59,090 bases of DNA from Candidatus Deferrimicrobiaceae bacterium. Its GTDB lineage: Bacteria > Desulfobacterota > Deferrimicrobia > Deferrimicrobiales > Deferrimicrobiaceae. Below the pieces are notes generated by a model. It made no database searches. It was not told where the DNA came from and worked only from the letters and a program-made list of their open reading frames with translations. The DNA lies in contig JBFKGZ010000002.1 in NCBI GenBank assembly GCA_041633075.1, positions 1-59,090 on the forward strand. Reading direction: 5' to 3'. Both the position numbers and the translations under genes were made by a program. Shown here piece by piece: positions 38,787-48,023 of this stretch. Each line of letters starts with the position of its first letter. Position 1 is the first letter of the stretch.

Positions 38787-40245
38787 ATGGCAGCGCGCCG
38801 CCGACGACCATCCGGATGGCGTGGTTCCCCGTGTCGGCGATGTAGACGTTCCCCCGGGAGTCGACGGCGACGGACAGCGGGTCGTTGAGTTGTGCCGAGG
38901 TGGCGGGACCTTTGTCGCCAGAGAACCCTGCCGTGCCAGTACCAGCGAAATTATGAACACGATTACTTGGTCGTAAAATCTTTACCCCTTGGTAGTCTTT
39001 TTCTCTCAATAAGAAATTCCCGTATACCTTGTCAAATTCATTGAAAATAGGGAGGATTGGTGTCATCGAAAGTGGATCCATGCCATCCGAAAACGGAATA
39101 ACTATAGTGCTTCCTACTTTTGTATAGATATTTTTTGTGGCCACAGCAACGAATTTGATTTTGTTGTTATCCCTGTCACAGAAAAACACGGACAACCCCG
39201 AGGGATCGGTCGTAACGCTTGCCGGGTACCGGAGCGGATAGAAGTCCTTGTCCGCGCCTTCCTGGGTCTGGGCGGGCGTGTTGTCCGCCACGTAATCCGA
39301 CCGGACGCCGTCCTGCACAAGGTAGACCCGGTTCTCCATCCCGTTCGTGTAGTAGAACGTATTGTCGTCGACCACGGCGAGGTCGGGCTTGGCGGCGGAG
39401 TTGAAGATCCCTTTCTGGCCGTCGTACTTGATCGAGATCGCCCCGGTCGATCGGTCTATCCGGATGATCTGCTGGTCCCATGTAATAAGAAAGAGGTCGC
39501 CTGATGGCCCCGTGTCGAGGTCGTAGGCGGGGCCGATCGGGGCCGCGGCGCCGGGCTCCCCTTCCGTGAGGGATCCCGAAGGACCGCTCCCTGCGTAAGG
39601 GGCGATATACCCGTACCGGTCGATCCTGCGGATCCGGTCGAACTGGGCGGAAGAAACGTAGACTGAGTCGTCCGGCCCGACCTCGACGGCGAGCGGCTGC
39701 CCCAATAACGCATCGATCGCCAGTCCGCCGTCCCCCGAGTCCCCCGCCGTCCCCGCCCCGCCCGAAGGAGGTGCGCCGCAGGCGCGGACGATCGTTCCCT
39801 TGTCGTACATCGGAACCGTGACGGTTCGGGTCTCGCCGGGGGAGAGGGCGATGCCGTGCGCCGCGCCGCGGCCAAGAAGCGGGGCATTCGTCCCCAGGGT
39901 CAGGGCCGTGTTGTCATATTCGTCCACCTCCACCGCAATCCGGTCCCCGGGGGGGATTCCGGAGATCCTCCCGCGCCCCGCGGAACGGCTGAACCAGGCT
40001 TCGATGGGCGTCGCGATGTGGGGAGCAAGGACCCGAATCAGAATGCGGTTCTCCGGCACCTTCTCATAGGCCGGCCGAACCGGGCCGTGCGCCCGGGCGG
40101 GTGACGGTCCCGCGGCGGAACCGTCCTGCGGGTAGGTGAGCCGCACCGAGAGCGATGCGTCATCCGTTCCGGAGCATCCCGCAAGGAAAAGGACGGCAAG
40201 GATCGCCTGCCCCCACCACGGGAGACGACCGATCTTCGCTGTCAC
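38785..40245 (-). CDS. NHL-repeat beta-propeller lipoprotein
   Basis: Lipobox VLFLAGCSG. C-terminal NHL-type repeats (GTGTAGFSGDKGPATSAQLNDPLSVAVDSRGNVYIADTGNHAIR). The GTG start overlaps the TolC-family stop (GTGA). Confidence 0.8.
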   Translation of the reverse strand: MTAKIGRLPWWGQAILAVLFLAGCSGTDDASLSVRLTYPQDGSAAGPSPARAHGPVRPAYEKVPENRILIRVLAPHIATPIEAWFSRSAGRGRISGIPPGDRIAVEVDEYDNTALTLGTNAPLLGRGAAHGIALSPGETRTVTVPMYDKGTIVRACGAPPSGGAGTAGDSGDGGLAIDALLGQPLAVEVGPDDSVYVSSAQFDRIRRIDRYGYIAPYAGSGPSGSLTEGEPGAAAPIGPAYDLDTGPSGDLFLITWDQQIIRIDRSTGAISIKYDGQKGIFNSAAKPDLAVVDDNTFYYTNGMENRVYLVQDGVRSDYVADNTPAQTQEGADKDFYPLRYPASVTTDPSGLSVFFCDRDNNKIKFVAVATKNIYTKVGSTIVIPFSDGMDPLSMTPILPIFNEFDKVYGNFLLREKDYQGVKILRPSNRVHNFAGTGTAGFSGDKGPATSAQLNDPLSVAVDSRGNVYIADTGNHAIRMVVGGALP

Positions 40246-41639
40246 CTCCCCTTCCCCGTTTCCTTCCGTGCGGACATGGCCTGTCCCTTGCCGGACCCCA
40301 AGAGAGGATCGAGGAATTCGAGGAGTTCCCCCCGCTCGACCAGCAGGCGGTAGCGGGCCTCGAACAGGTCGAACGAGGAATTGGAGAGGTCGACCTTGGC
40401 CCGGGTCAACAGGGTCTGGGCATCCAGGATCTCGGTCGAGATCGAGAGTCCCTCCCGGTACCGGTTGTTCTGGATTCGCAGGTTCTCCTCCGCACGGGCG
40501 ACCGCCGTTTCCCCGACCGCCTTCCTCTTTTCGGCCTCCTTGACGGAAAGATAAGCCCGTTTCACCGAGAGTGCGATCTCGTCGCGGAACAAGGCCAGTT
40601 CCTCTTTCCGGCGCTCCACGGTAATCAACGCCTCGCGTCTTGCCGCTTCGTCGGAAAACCCCGAGAACAGGTTGATCTTCCCCCCGATCAGCAGGGAGAA
40701 GACGCTCTTGTTCGGGTTGAACTCGTTGCTCTCGTAAGCGTATTCGCCCTGTCCGAAGAGAGTGGGGGCGAACTCCGCGCGCGCCGCGGTCACGGTCGCC
40801 TCCCCCTCGCGGATGGCGGCCCCCTGCGCCTTGAGCTCGGGGCGCTTTTCCATGGCGACGCGCAGGCTTTCGGCAAGCGGCGGCGGCTCTCCCTCCGGGA
40901 CGGGGAAATCGCCCGGTTCCGGTCCGACGGCCATCTCCCCGGAAAACCCCATCCGGAGGGCAAGGCGCGACTGCGACAGTTCCACCCGGTTTTCCGCCGT
41001 GATCAGCTGTGCCTCCTCGTTGGCGACCTGCACGTCGGCAGCCAGCACGTCGTTGCGAGCCACCACTCCCAGGTCGTAAAGATCCCCCGCCACCTTCCGG
41101 AGTTCCCTCGCCGTCGCGAGCGACTCCTCCGCGACGCTTCGGAGCTCTTCGGCGCGCCGGGCGGCCAGGAAGGCGGAGATCACCTCGAAGGCGATACGCT
41201 CCCGGGTTCGTTCGGCACCCCTAACCGCTGCGTCGACCCTCGCCTCCGCCCCGGACACCCGGGCGCCGGTTTTCCCGAAATCGAAGATCGTCTGTTCGGC
41301 GGTGACCCGGGCGTGCAGGACGCCCTGGTCGGCGATCTGGGTCTCCCTTCCCTGCAGGAAGATGGCGGGCGGTTCGGAGAGAGACGTGTAGTCCCCCGAG
41401 GCGTCGAGGCGCGGGAGACGCGCGGCGGCGGCCCTCGTCCTTCCCTGCTCCGCGATCTCCACGGATTTCTCGGCAATCCGCCCTTCCCGCGAGTGGGACA
41501 GGGCGTGCCGCACCGCTTCGAACAGGGAAACGGAAGAGGGAACCGGGAGATCCTCCCCCGGTGCTGCCTTGCCCCCGGCAGCGACAGCCGGAACCAGGAG
41601 CGCGACGGCGAGGATTGCCGGGATCATCCGCATGCGCAA
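40242..41639 (-). CDS. TolC-family outer membrane efflux protein
   Basis: 465 aa with a signal peptide and two repeats of the coiled-coil/OEP pattern (..Q.DLA.A....A.A.F.PTL...). Confidence 0.85.
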   Translation of the reverse strand: MRMRMIPAILAVALLVPAVAAGGKAAPGEDLPVPSSVSLFEAVRHALSHSREGRIAEKSVEIAEQGRTRAAAARLPRLDASGDYTSLSEPPAIFLQGRETQIADQGVLHARVTAEQTIFDFGKTGARVSGAEARVDAAVRGAERTRERIAFEVISAFLAARRAEELRSVAEESLATARELRKVAGDLYDLGVVARNDVLAADVQVANEEAQLITAENRVELSQSRLALRMGFSGEMAVGPEPGDFPVPEGEPPPLAESLRVAMEKRPELKAQGAAIREGEATVTAARAEFAPTLFGQGEYAYESNEFNPNKSVFSLLIGGKINLFSGFSDEAARREALITVERRKEELALFRDEIALSVKRAYLSVKEAEKRKAVGETAVARAEENLRIQNNRYREGLSISTEILDAQTLLTRAKVDLSNSSFDLFEARYRLLVERGELLEFLDPLLGSGKGQAMSARKETGKGR

Positions 41640-41691
41640 TAGGATATTCCCACCGCTCCGGGAAAAAAAGGGGCAATCTCCCGGCCGAAGC

Positions 41692-41728
41692 GGGGAAAAC
41701 GGGCGGAACCCCCAAAGGGGGCCCGCCC
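41692..41728 (-). terminator. Probable terminator after glnA
   Basis: Minus-strand hairpin GGGCGG-g-CCCCC ttt GGGGG-tt-CCGCCC followed by GTTTT. Confidence 0.5.
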
Positions 41729-41748
41729 GCTCACCGGGATCGTCGGTC

Positions 41749-43161
41749 TTAACAGTCGAAATAGAGGAAGAACTCGTGCGGATGCGGTCGCATTTTCGTC
41801 GGATTGACCTCGGCGTCCATCTTGTACTCGATCCACTTCTCGATCACGTCTGCTGTGAAGACGTCGCCCTTGAGGAGAAAGTCGTGATCCGACTCCAGGG
41901 CCTTGAGGGATTCATCGAGCGAGCCGGGCGTGGTCGGAACCCCGGCGAGCTCCTCCGGGGAGAGCGCGTAGATGTCCTTGTCCAGCGGTTCCCCCGGGTT
42001 GATCTTGTTCTGGATTCCGTCCAGCCCGGCCATGAGCATCGCCCCGAAGGCGAGATATCCGTTGCAGGACGGGTCAGGAGTCCGGAACTCGATCCTCTTT
42101 GCCTTCGGCGAGGGCGAGTACATCGGAATCCGCACGGCAGCGGACCGGTTCCGGCTCGAGTACGCCAGATTCACCGGCGCCTCGAATCCGGGGACGAGCC
42201 GTTTGTAGGAGTTGGTCGTCGGGTTGGAGAAGGCGCAGATGGCGGACGCGTGCTTCAGGATTCCGCCGATGTAGTGCAGGGCCATCTTGGACAGGCCTCC
42301 GTACTCCTCCCCGGCAAAGAGCGGTTTGCCTCCCTTCCACAGCGACTGGTGCGTATGCATCCCGCTCCCGTTGTCTTCGAACAGGGGCTTGGCCATGAAG
42401 GTGACGGTTTTTCCGAATTTCCTCGCAACGTTCTTGACGATGTACTTGTACCACTGCAGCGCGTCGGCGCACTTGACCAGCGTGTCGAACCGAAGGTCGA
42501 TCTCCCCCTGTCCGGCCGTGGCGACCTCGTGGTGCTGCGCCTCGATTTTCATACCGACAAGTTCCATCACCCGCACCATCTCGTCGCGGACATCGTGGAG
42601 GGAGTCGGTGGGGAGGACGGGGAAGTACCCTTCCTTGTGACGCGGCTTGTAGCCGAGGTTGGGCCTCTCTTCCCGACCGGTGTTCCAGGTCCCCTCCTCG
42701 GAATCGATGAAGAAGTACCCGTAGTTGGATGCCGTGGCGTACCGGATGTCGTCGAAGATGAAGAACTCCGCTTCCGGACCGAAGTACGCGGCATCGGCGA
42801 TCCCGATGGATTTCATGTACGCCTCGGCCTTCCGGGCGATGTTCCGCGGGTCGCGCGAGTAGGCCTCCTTTGTGATCGGGTCCACGATGTTGCAGATGAG
42901 GGACAGCGTCGGTCGCGCAATGAAGGGATCGACGATGGCGGTATCGGAATCGGGAATGACGAGCATGTCGGAGGCGTGGATCGGCTGCCACCCGCGGATG
43001 CTGGACCCGTCGAACCCGAACCCTTCCTCGAAATTGTCCTCATTCAGCTCGTATATGGGAACGGCAAAGTGCTGCCAGGTCCCGATGAAATCCATGAACT
43101 TCAGGTCCACCATCTCGATCTTCTTGGTCTTGGCGAATTCCAGCGCTTCTTTCGGGGTCAT
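41749..43161 (-). CDS. glnA: Glutamine synthetase type I
   Basis: 470 aa. Contains FDGSSI.G, GSGMH.H.S and NPYL-type motifs. The adenylylation-loop region is present. Confidence 0.97.
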   Translation of the reverse strand: MTPKEALEFAKTKKIEMVDLKFMDFIGTWQHFAVPIYELNEDNFEEGFGFDGSSIRGWQPIHASDMLVIPDSDTAIVDPFIARPTLSLICNIVDPITKEAYSRDPRNIARKAEAYMKSIGIADAAYFGPEAEFFIFDDIRYATASNYGYFFIDSEEGTWNTGREERPNLGYKPRHKEGYFPVLPTDSLHDVRDEMVRVMELVGMKIEAQHHEVATAGQGEIDLRFDTLVKCADALQWYKYIVKNVARKFGKTVTFMAKPLFEDNGSGMHTHQSLWKGGKPLFAGEEYGGLSKMALHYIGGILKHASAICAFSNPTTNSYKRLVPGFEAPVNLAYSSRNRSAAVRIPMYSPSPKAKRIEFRTPDPSCNGYLAFGAMLMAGLDGIQNKINPGEPLDKDIYALSPEELAGVPTTPGSLDESLKALESDHDFLLKGDVFTADVIEKWIEYKMDAEVNPTKMRPHPHEFFLYFDC

Positions 43162-43200
43162 GTCTCCCTCCTTGGTTTGATTGCGTCTCTTCCCGGCGGA

Positions 43201-43542
<342 letters not shown>

Positions 43543-43565
43543 TCACCTCCCATCGTGGGTTGCGG

Positions 43566-43582
43566 AGCAATAGGCGTACCAA
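43566..43582 (-). promoter_or_regulatory. Sigma-54 promoter of glnB-glnA
   Basis: On the minus strand TGGTAC-gccta-TTGCT lies 27 nt upstream of the glnB ATG, with GGGAGG in between. Confidence 0.65.
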
Positions 43583-43764
43583 CGGGACAAGCGACAGGCT
43601 TTATGAGGTCATTTTCAGGGAAATTCCATTGCATTCCAGCATATTGACCCCACCCTGCCCAGGGGAGAGGTGGCGCGATTGCGCGTACGGTGATAGAATT
43701 TCTGCCCATTCCGCTGTCAGCCTGTGCCTGTTATTTGGGCACGAATACCCCGGAGGGAGGGTCC

Positions 43765-44280
43765 GTGGGGCAACACCTCATCGTAGACGGGTACAACCTC
43801 GCCCGGTCGGGGGCGCTTGTTCTCTCGGAAGATCCCGCCGGGCCGGAAGGACGAGGGGAACTGTGCGCCCTTCTGGCCGGGTACGCCATGGCGAAGGGAT
43901 TCCGGCTGACGGTCGTCTTCGACGGCCGGGGGGCGGAAGGCCCGCATCGGAGCCGCCAATCCTTCAAGGGGGGAACCGCAGTGTTTTCCTCGCGCACGGA
44001 AAGTGCGGACGACGTGATCCGGGACCTATCCCGGGGCGCGCCCGCCGGCACGATCGTGGTCACTTCCGACAGGGGATTGGGAGGGACCCTGCGGGGGCGA
44101 GAGGCGACCGTTGTCTCCTGCGAGGAGTTCGCCGACCGCCTGGCCGCCTTCCAGAGGGAGGAAACGAAGGGGGATGCCGGCGAGGAAACGGACGACGGGC
44201 GGAGAAAGGGGAAGAAAGGGGAAGGGCGGAAAAAGAAGAAACGGGAACGCGCGCGGAACAGACTTCTGCGAAACCTCTAA
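43765..44280 (+). CDS. YacP-like NYN-domain (predicted RNase) protein
   Basis: HLIVDGYN......VVFDG......VVFS...ESAD..I and a Lys/Arg-rich tail. The GTG start has GGAGGGAGGG upstream. Confidence 0.7.
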   Translation: MGQHLIVDGYNLARSGALVLSEDPAGPEGRGELCALLAGYAMAKGFRLTVVFDGRGAEGPHRSRQSFKGGTAVFSSRTESADDVIRDLSRGAPAGTIVVTSDRGLGGTLRGREATVVSCEEFADRLAAFQREETKGDAGEETDDGRRKGKKGEGRKKKKRERARNRLLRNL

Positions 44281-44924
44281 GAGGGAGGGTCGTCCCCCGC
44301 GGCCCTCGGCTTCAGGGCACCGAATTTCCTCTCCTCGCCCGCCACCAGCAGCGCGATGTTGCTTCGATGGGTGTAAAACACCAGGAACGTCATCCCGAGG
44401 GAGAGGGTCACGTAGTGCCGGGACGTGGCGAGGAGCGCCATCAGCGGGGGAAGCGCCACGGCCGCACACAGGGAGGCAAGCGAAACGTACCGGGAAAAGT
44501 AGACGACGAGGGAGAAGAGGACGACGAGGATGAACGCGGTGACGGGAGAGAGGAACAGGATGATCCCCAACGCGGTGGCCGCCCCCTTCCCTCCGCGGAA
44601 ATTCAGGTAGACGGGGAACACGTGACCGAGGATCACGGCCGCCCCCACGATGGCCAGCCACAGGTCCACGCGCCCCTCGAGGAAGACATTCGCGAGGCTC
44701 ATGGCGAAGATCCCCTTGCCGAGGTCCAGCACCAGTGTCAGGATTCCCCCCGTCTTTCCGACGGCGCGGGCCACGTTCGTCGCACCGATGTTTCCCGAAC
44801 CCACCGCCCGGAGGTCAGCTTCCGGATCGAACAGGCGGGCGACCAGGATCCCGAAAGGGACCGACCCCAGGAAGTAGGCGAACGCGACGAAAGAAGCATC
44901 CCGGATCCAGGAAGGGTTCATCAC
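44277..44924 (-). CDS. plsY: Glycerol-3-phosphate acyltransferase PlsY
   Basis: Contains GSGNIGATNV and FRGGKG.AT motifs. Polytopic membrane protein. Confidence 0.92.
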   Translation of the reverse strand: MMNPSWIRDASFVAFAYFLGSVPFGILVARLFDPEADLRAVGSGNIGATNVARAVGKTGGILTLVLDLGKGIFAMSLANVFLEGRVDLWLAIVGAAVILGHVFPVYLNFRGGKGAATALGIILFLSPVTAFILVVLFSLVVYFSRYVSLASLCAAVALPPLMALLATSRHYVTLSLGMTFLVFYTHRSNIALLVAGEERKFGALKPRAAGDDPPS

Positions 44925-45223
44925 CGCTCTTTGGCCAGAAGCCCCTCGACCACTTGGACTTTACGGTCCATCCGCCACTTGCTTCCCTTTCGGATGTCCA
45001 CCTTGATGCTGAGGGAGATTCGGCGGCAATCCTTCTCCAGCGCCCTCGTGCAAGCGCGGATGAGGCCGAACACATTGTCCCAATTCCCCTCCACGATGGT
45101 CCCCATCGGTGTCAGCTGGTTCCGCAGCCCGCTCCTCCGGACGATGCGGCATATCCGGGCCACATAAGGCGACAGAGACTCCCCCTTGCCGACGGGGACC
45201 AGGGTAAATTCGGCGATGACCAT
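44921..45223 (-). CDS. MTH1187/YkoF-like (DUF77) thiamine-binding family protein
   Basis: 100 aa. AEFTLVPVGKGESLSPYVA......SGL......MGT.VEG. Confidence 0.75.
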   Translation of the reverse strand: MVIAEFTLVPVGKGESLSPYVARICRIVRRSGLRNQLTPMGTIVEGNWDNVFGLIRACTRALEKDCRRISLSIKVDIRKGSKWRMDRKVQVVEGLLAKER

Positions 45224-45259
45224 GTCGTTTCCTCCCGGTGGATGATTCGGACCACCCGG

Positions 45260-46618
45260 TCAGGTCTCCTCGACCTCCTCTTCGGTGGTCCAGGCCACGC
45301 CGGATTCGAACGCGGCCCGCTTCACGGCTTCGGCAACCGCCCGGTGCATCTCCATGTCGAGAAGGGAAGGAACCAGTTCCCCCTCATGGGCGAACGAGCC
45401 GATGGCCTTCGCCGCTGCGATCTTCATCCGGTTGTTGATCTTGCGGGCCCTCGCGTCGAGCGCTCCCCGGAACACGCCGGGGAAGGCAAGGGCGTTGTTC
45501 ACCCCCCTCCCGTCGGCCGCAAAGGCGGCGCCGGCGGCGCGCGCGTCCTCAACGGATATCTCCGGGTTGGGGTTGGTCAGGGCCAGGATCGCCTGTCCTT
45601 TCTTGACCATCTCCTTCTTGATGAGGTTCGGCACGCCGGTCGTGCTGATGACAATGTCGGAGGCGCTCATGACCTCCGGCAGCGACATCGGATGTCCTCC
45701 GATCTGGGCGAAGATATCCATCGCCTTCTGGTTGATGTCGGTCCCCAGCAGCTTCCTGACTCCGTACGCCTTGAGGAGCTTCGAGATCCCCATCCCCGCC
45801 GCGCCGAGGCCCACCAGCCCGACGATGTCGTTCTTCACCAGCATGCCGACGTACCTGCTTGCGTTGAGAAGGGACGCCAGAACCACAACGGAGGTGCCGT
45901 GCTGGTCGTCGTGCATCACCGGAATATCCAGCATGGCGGAAAGCCGGTCCTCGATCTCGAAGCACTCGGGCGCCTTGATGTCCTCGAGCTTGATGGCGCC
46001 GAAGGTGGGGGATATGGCCGCGACGGTCCGTATGATCTCCTCGGGATCTTTCGACTGGATGAGGATCGGGACGCCGTTGACTCCGACGAGCGTGTCGAAC
46101 AGGGCCGCCTTGCCTTCCATGACGGGCATTCCCGCGACCGCCCCGATGTCCCCCAGGCCCAGGATGGCCGTCCCGTTGGTGACGATCGCGACCGTGTTGT
46201 AGATCGCGGTGTAGTCGTGCGCCTTATCGGGTTTTTCGCGGATCACCCGGCACACTTTCGCCACGCCGGGAGTGTAGATCTTCCGGACCGTCGTGATCCC
46301 GTCGATCTCCATCGTCGCCTTGACGCGTATCTTCCCGCCGCGGTGGATCTCGAGAACCGGGTCGATGACGTCGGAAATGATGACGCCCTCGATTTTCCCG
46401 ACCTCCTCGAGCAACGCCTGGAGATGGGCCTCGTCGTCCACGTACACGGTGATATCGCGGGTGTTGTACTTGAGCCCGACCCCGATGAGCCGGATGTCTC
46501 CCATCGTGGCATTCGCCTTCCCGATGGCCGTTGCTACCTTGCCCATGTACCCCGGCTTGTCGAGGATAAGCAGGCGGATCTTCTTTACTTCCTTGTCGAT
46601 TCCCTTTTCGATCTGCAT
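45260..46618 (-). CDS. NAD(P)-dependent malic enzyme with N-terminal ACT-like domain
   Basis: VIREKPDKAHDYT....VAIVTNGTAILGLGDIG..AGMPVMEGKA.LF is a malic-enzyme signature. Rossmann motif GLGAAG. Confidence 0.9.
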   Translation of the reverse strand: MQIEKGIDKEVKKIRLLILDKPGYMGKVATAIGKANATMGDIRLIGVGLKYNTRDITVYVDDEAHLQALLEEVGKIEGVIISDVIDPVLEIHRGGKIRVKATMEIDGITTVRKIYTPGVAKVCRVIREKPDKAHDYTAIYNTVAIVTNGTAILGLGDIGAVAGMPVMEGKAALFDTLVGVNGVPILIQSKDPEEIIRTVAAISPTFGAIKLEDIKAPECFEIEDRLSAMLDIPVMHDDQHGTSVVVLASLLNASRYVGMLVKNDIVGLVGLGAAGMGISKLLKAYGVRKLLGTDINQKAMDIFAQIGGHPMSLPEVMSASDIVISTTGVPNLIKKEMVKKGQAILALTNPNPEISVEDARAAGAAFAADGRGVNNALAFPGVFRGALDARARKINNRMKIAAAKAIGSFAHEGELVPSLLDMEMHRAVAEAVKRAAFESGVAWTTEEEVEET

Positions 46619-46647
46619 GGACGCATCTTATATTCTCGTCTCGATTT

Positions 46648-46677
46648 TTGTCAAACAAATCGGAAAAAAGGTAAAAT
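46648..46677 (+). promoter_or_regulatory. Sigma-70-like promoter TTGTCA-N18-TAAAAT
   Basis: Hexamers at 46648-46653 and 46672-46677. The -10 ends 7 nt before the ATG at 46685. Confidence 0.45.
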
Positions 46678-46684
46678 ACCGCGC

Positions 46685-46879
46685 ATGATTCTGGATTGCG
46701 CCGCCTGCTCTTCGCAGAATTTCGTCTCGGAGGAGCGGCGATCGGCGCGGGATATCCCCCCGCGATGCTGGAAATGCGGAGAGATCCTTCCCCTTTCCGG
46801 TGAAACTGTTCCTGCGCAGGGGGAATCGAAGAAACGCACCGGGAAGGAAGACACCCCAGGGAGACGAGGAAATGCCTAA
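46685..46879 (+). CDS. Small zinc-ribbon protein (CxxC-N19-CxxC), possibly leaderless
   Basis: 64 aa: MILDCAACSS...PRCWKCGE. There is no SD. The ATG sits at the expected transcription start of the promoter above, and the gene overlaps the ino1 start by 8 nt. Confidence 0.35.
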   Translation: MILDCAACSSQNFVSEERRSARDIPPRCWKCGEILPLSGETVPAQGESKKRTGKEDTPGRRGNA

Positions 46880-48023
46880 GATTCGCGTCGCGGTGGCCGG
46901 CGTCGGAAACTGCGCAAGCGCGCTGCTTCAGGGAATCGAATATTACCGCAACGCGGGGGAATCCTCCGGAACCGACATCTCCGGACTGATGACCCTCGAC
47001 ATCGGCGGGTACCGCCCCGGCGACGTCGAAATCGTCGCCGCGTTCGACATCGATCGAAGGAAGGTCGGACGCCCCGTGGGGGAGGCGATCTTCTCGCCCC
47101 CCAACAGTACCCCGAAATTCGTCGACACGGTCCCTGAGACGGGGGCGATCGTGCGGATGGCGCCGGTGCTGGACGGCGTCGCCGCCCACATGCGCGAGTA
47201 CCCGGAGGACCGCACGTTCGTTCCTTCCGGCGAGACGCCGTGCGACGTGGAGACGGTGCTGCGGGATTCCGGCGCGGAAATCCTGATCAACTACCTTCCC
47301 GTCGGCTCGGAAGAAGCCACGCGGTTCTATGCGGAGTCCTGTCTTTCCACCGGAGTAAGCCTGGTGAACTGCATCCCGTCGTTCATCGCCTCCGACCCGG
47401 AGTGGGCAGCCCGGTTCCGCAGCAGGGAAATCCCGATCATCGGGGACGACATCAAGTCGCAGCTCGGCGCCACGATCGTCCACCGGGCCCTGGCCCGCCT
47501 CTTCTCCGAACGGGGGATCACGGTGCGGCAAACCTACCAGCTGAACACGGGCGGGAACACCGATTTCCTGAATATGCTGAGCCGGAACCGGCTGCGTTCC
47601 AAGAAGATCTCGAAGACGGAGGCGGTGACCTCGGCGATCCCCCACGGGATCGCGAAGGACAAGATCCACATCGGTCCATCGGACTATGTTCCCTGGCAGA
47701 AAGACAACAAGCTCTGCTTCCTGCGGATCGAGGGGGAGGGATTCGGGGGGCTTCCGATCGAACTGGAACTTCGCCTCTCGGTGACCGACTCCCCCAACAG
47801 CGCAGGGGTGGGGATCGACGCCATCCGGTTCTGCCGCCTCGGGCGGGATATGGAACTCGCGGGCCCGCTCATGGCCCCGTCCGCCTACTTCATGAAGCAC
47901 CCCGCGGTGCAGATGACGGACGACGATGCCCGGCGGGAGCTCGAGGAGTTCATCGCTGATTATCGCGCCTGGCGGCGGACGACAGAAGTCGCGCCCACGA
48001 CTCGGTGCACCTTTCCCACGTAA
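46872..48023 (+). CDS. ino1: myo-Inositol-1-phosphate (inositol-3-phosphate) synthase
   Basis: KIRVAVAGVGNCASALLQGIEYY..., NYLPVGS and SQLGATI..R patterns are typical of prokaryotic MIPS. Confidence 0.88.
   Translation: MPKIRVAVAGVGNCASALLQGIEYYRNAGESSGTDISGLMTLDIGGYRPGDVEIVAAFDIDRRKVGRPVGEAIFSPPNSTPKFVDTVPETGAIVRMAPVLDGVAAHMREYPEDRTFVPSGETPCDVETVLRDSGAEILINYLPVGSEEATRFYAESCLSTGVSLVNCIPSFIASDPEWAARFRSREIPIIGDDIKSQLGATIVHRALARLFSERGITVRQTYQLNTGGNTDFLNMLSRNRLRSKKISKTEAVTSAIPHGIAKDKIHIGPSDYVPWQKDNKLCFLRIEGEGFGGLPIELELRLSVTDSPNSAGVGIDAIRFCRLGRDMELAGPLMAPSAYFMKHPAVQMTDDDARRELEEFIADYRAWRRTTEVAPTTRCTFPT

Noticed and set aside
44735-46684. The first 650 codons of a 714-aa plus-strand ORF
   Set aside because: It is antisense to plsY, the DUF77 gene and the malic enzyme. 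Only the last 64 codons (46685-46879), which lie in an intergenic region, were kept as a low-confidence zinc-ribbon ORF.
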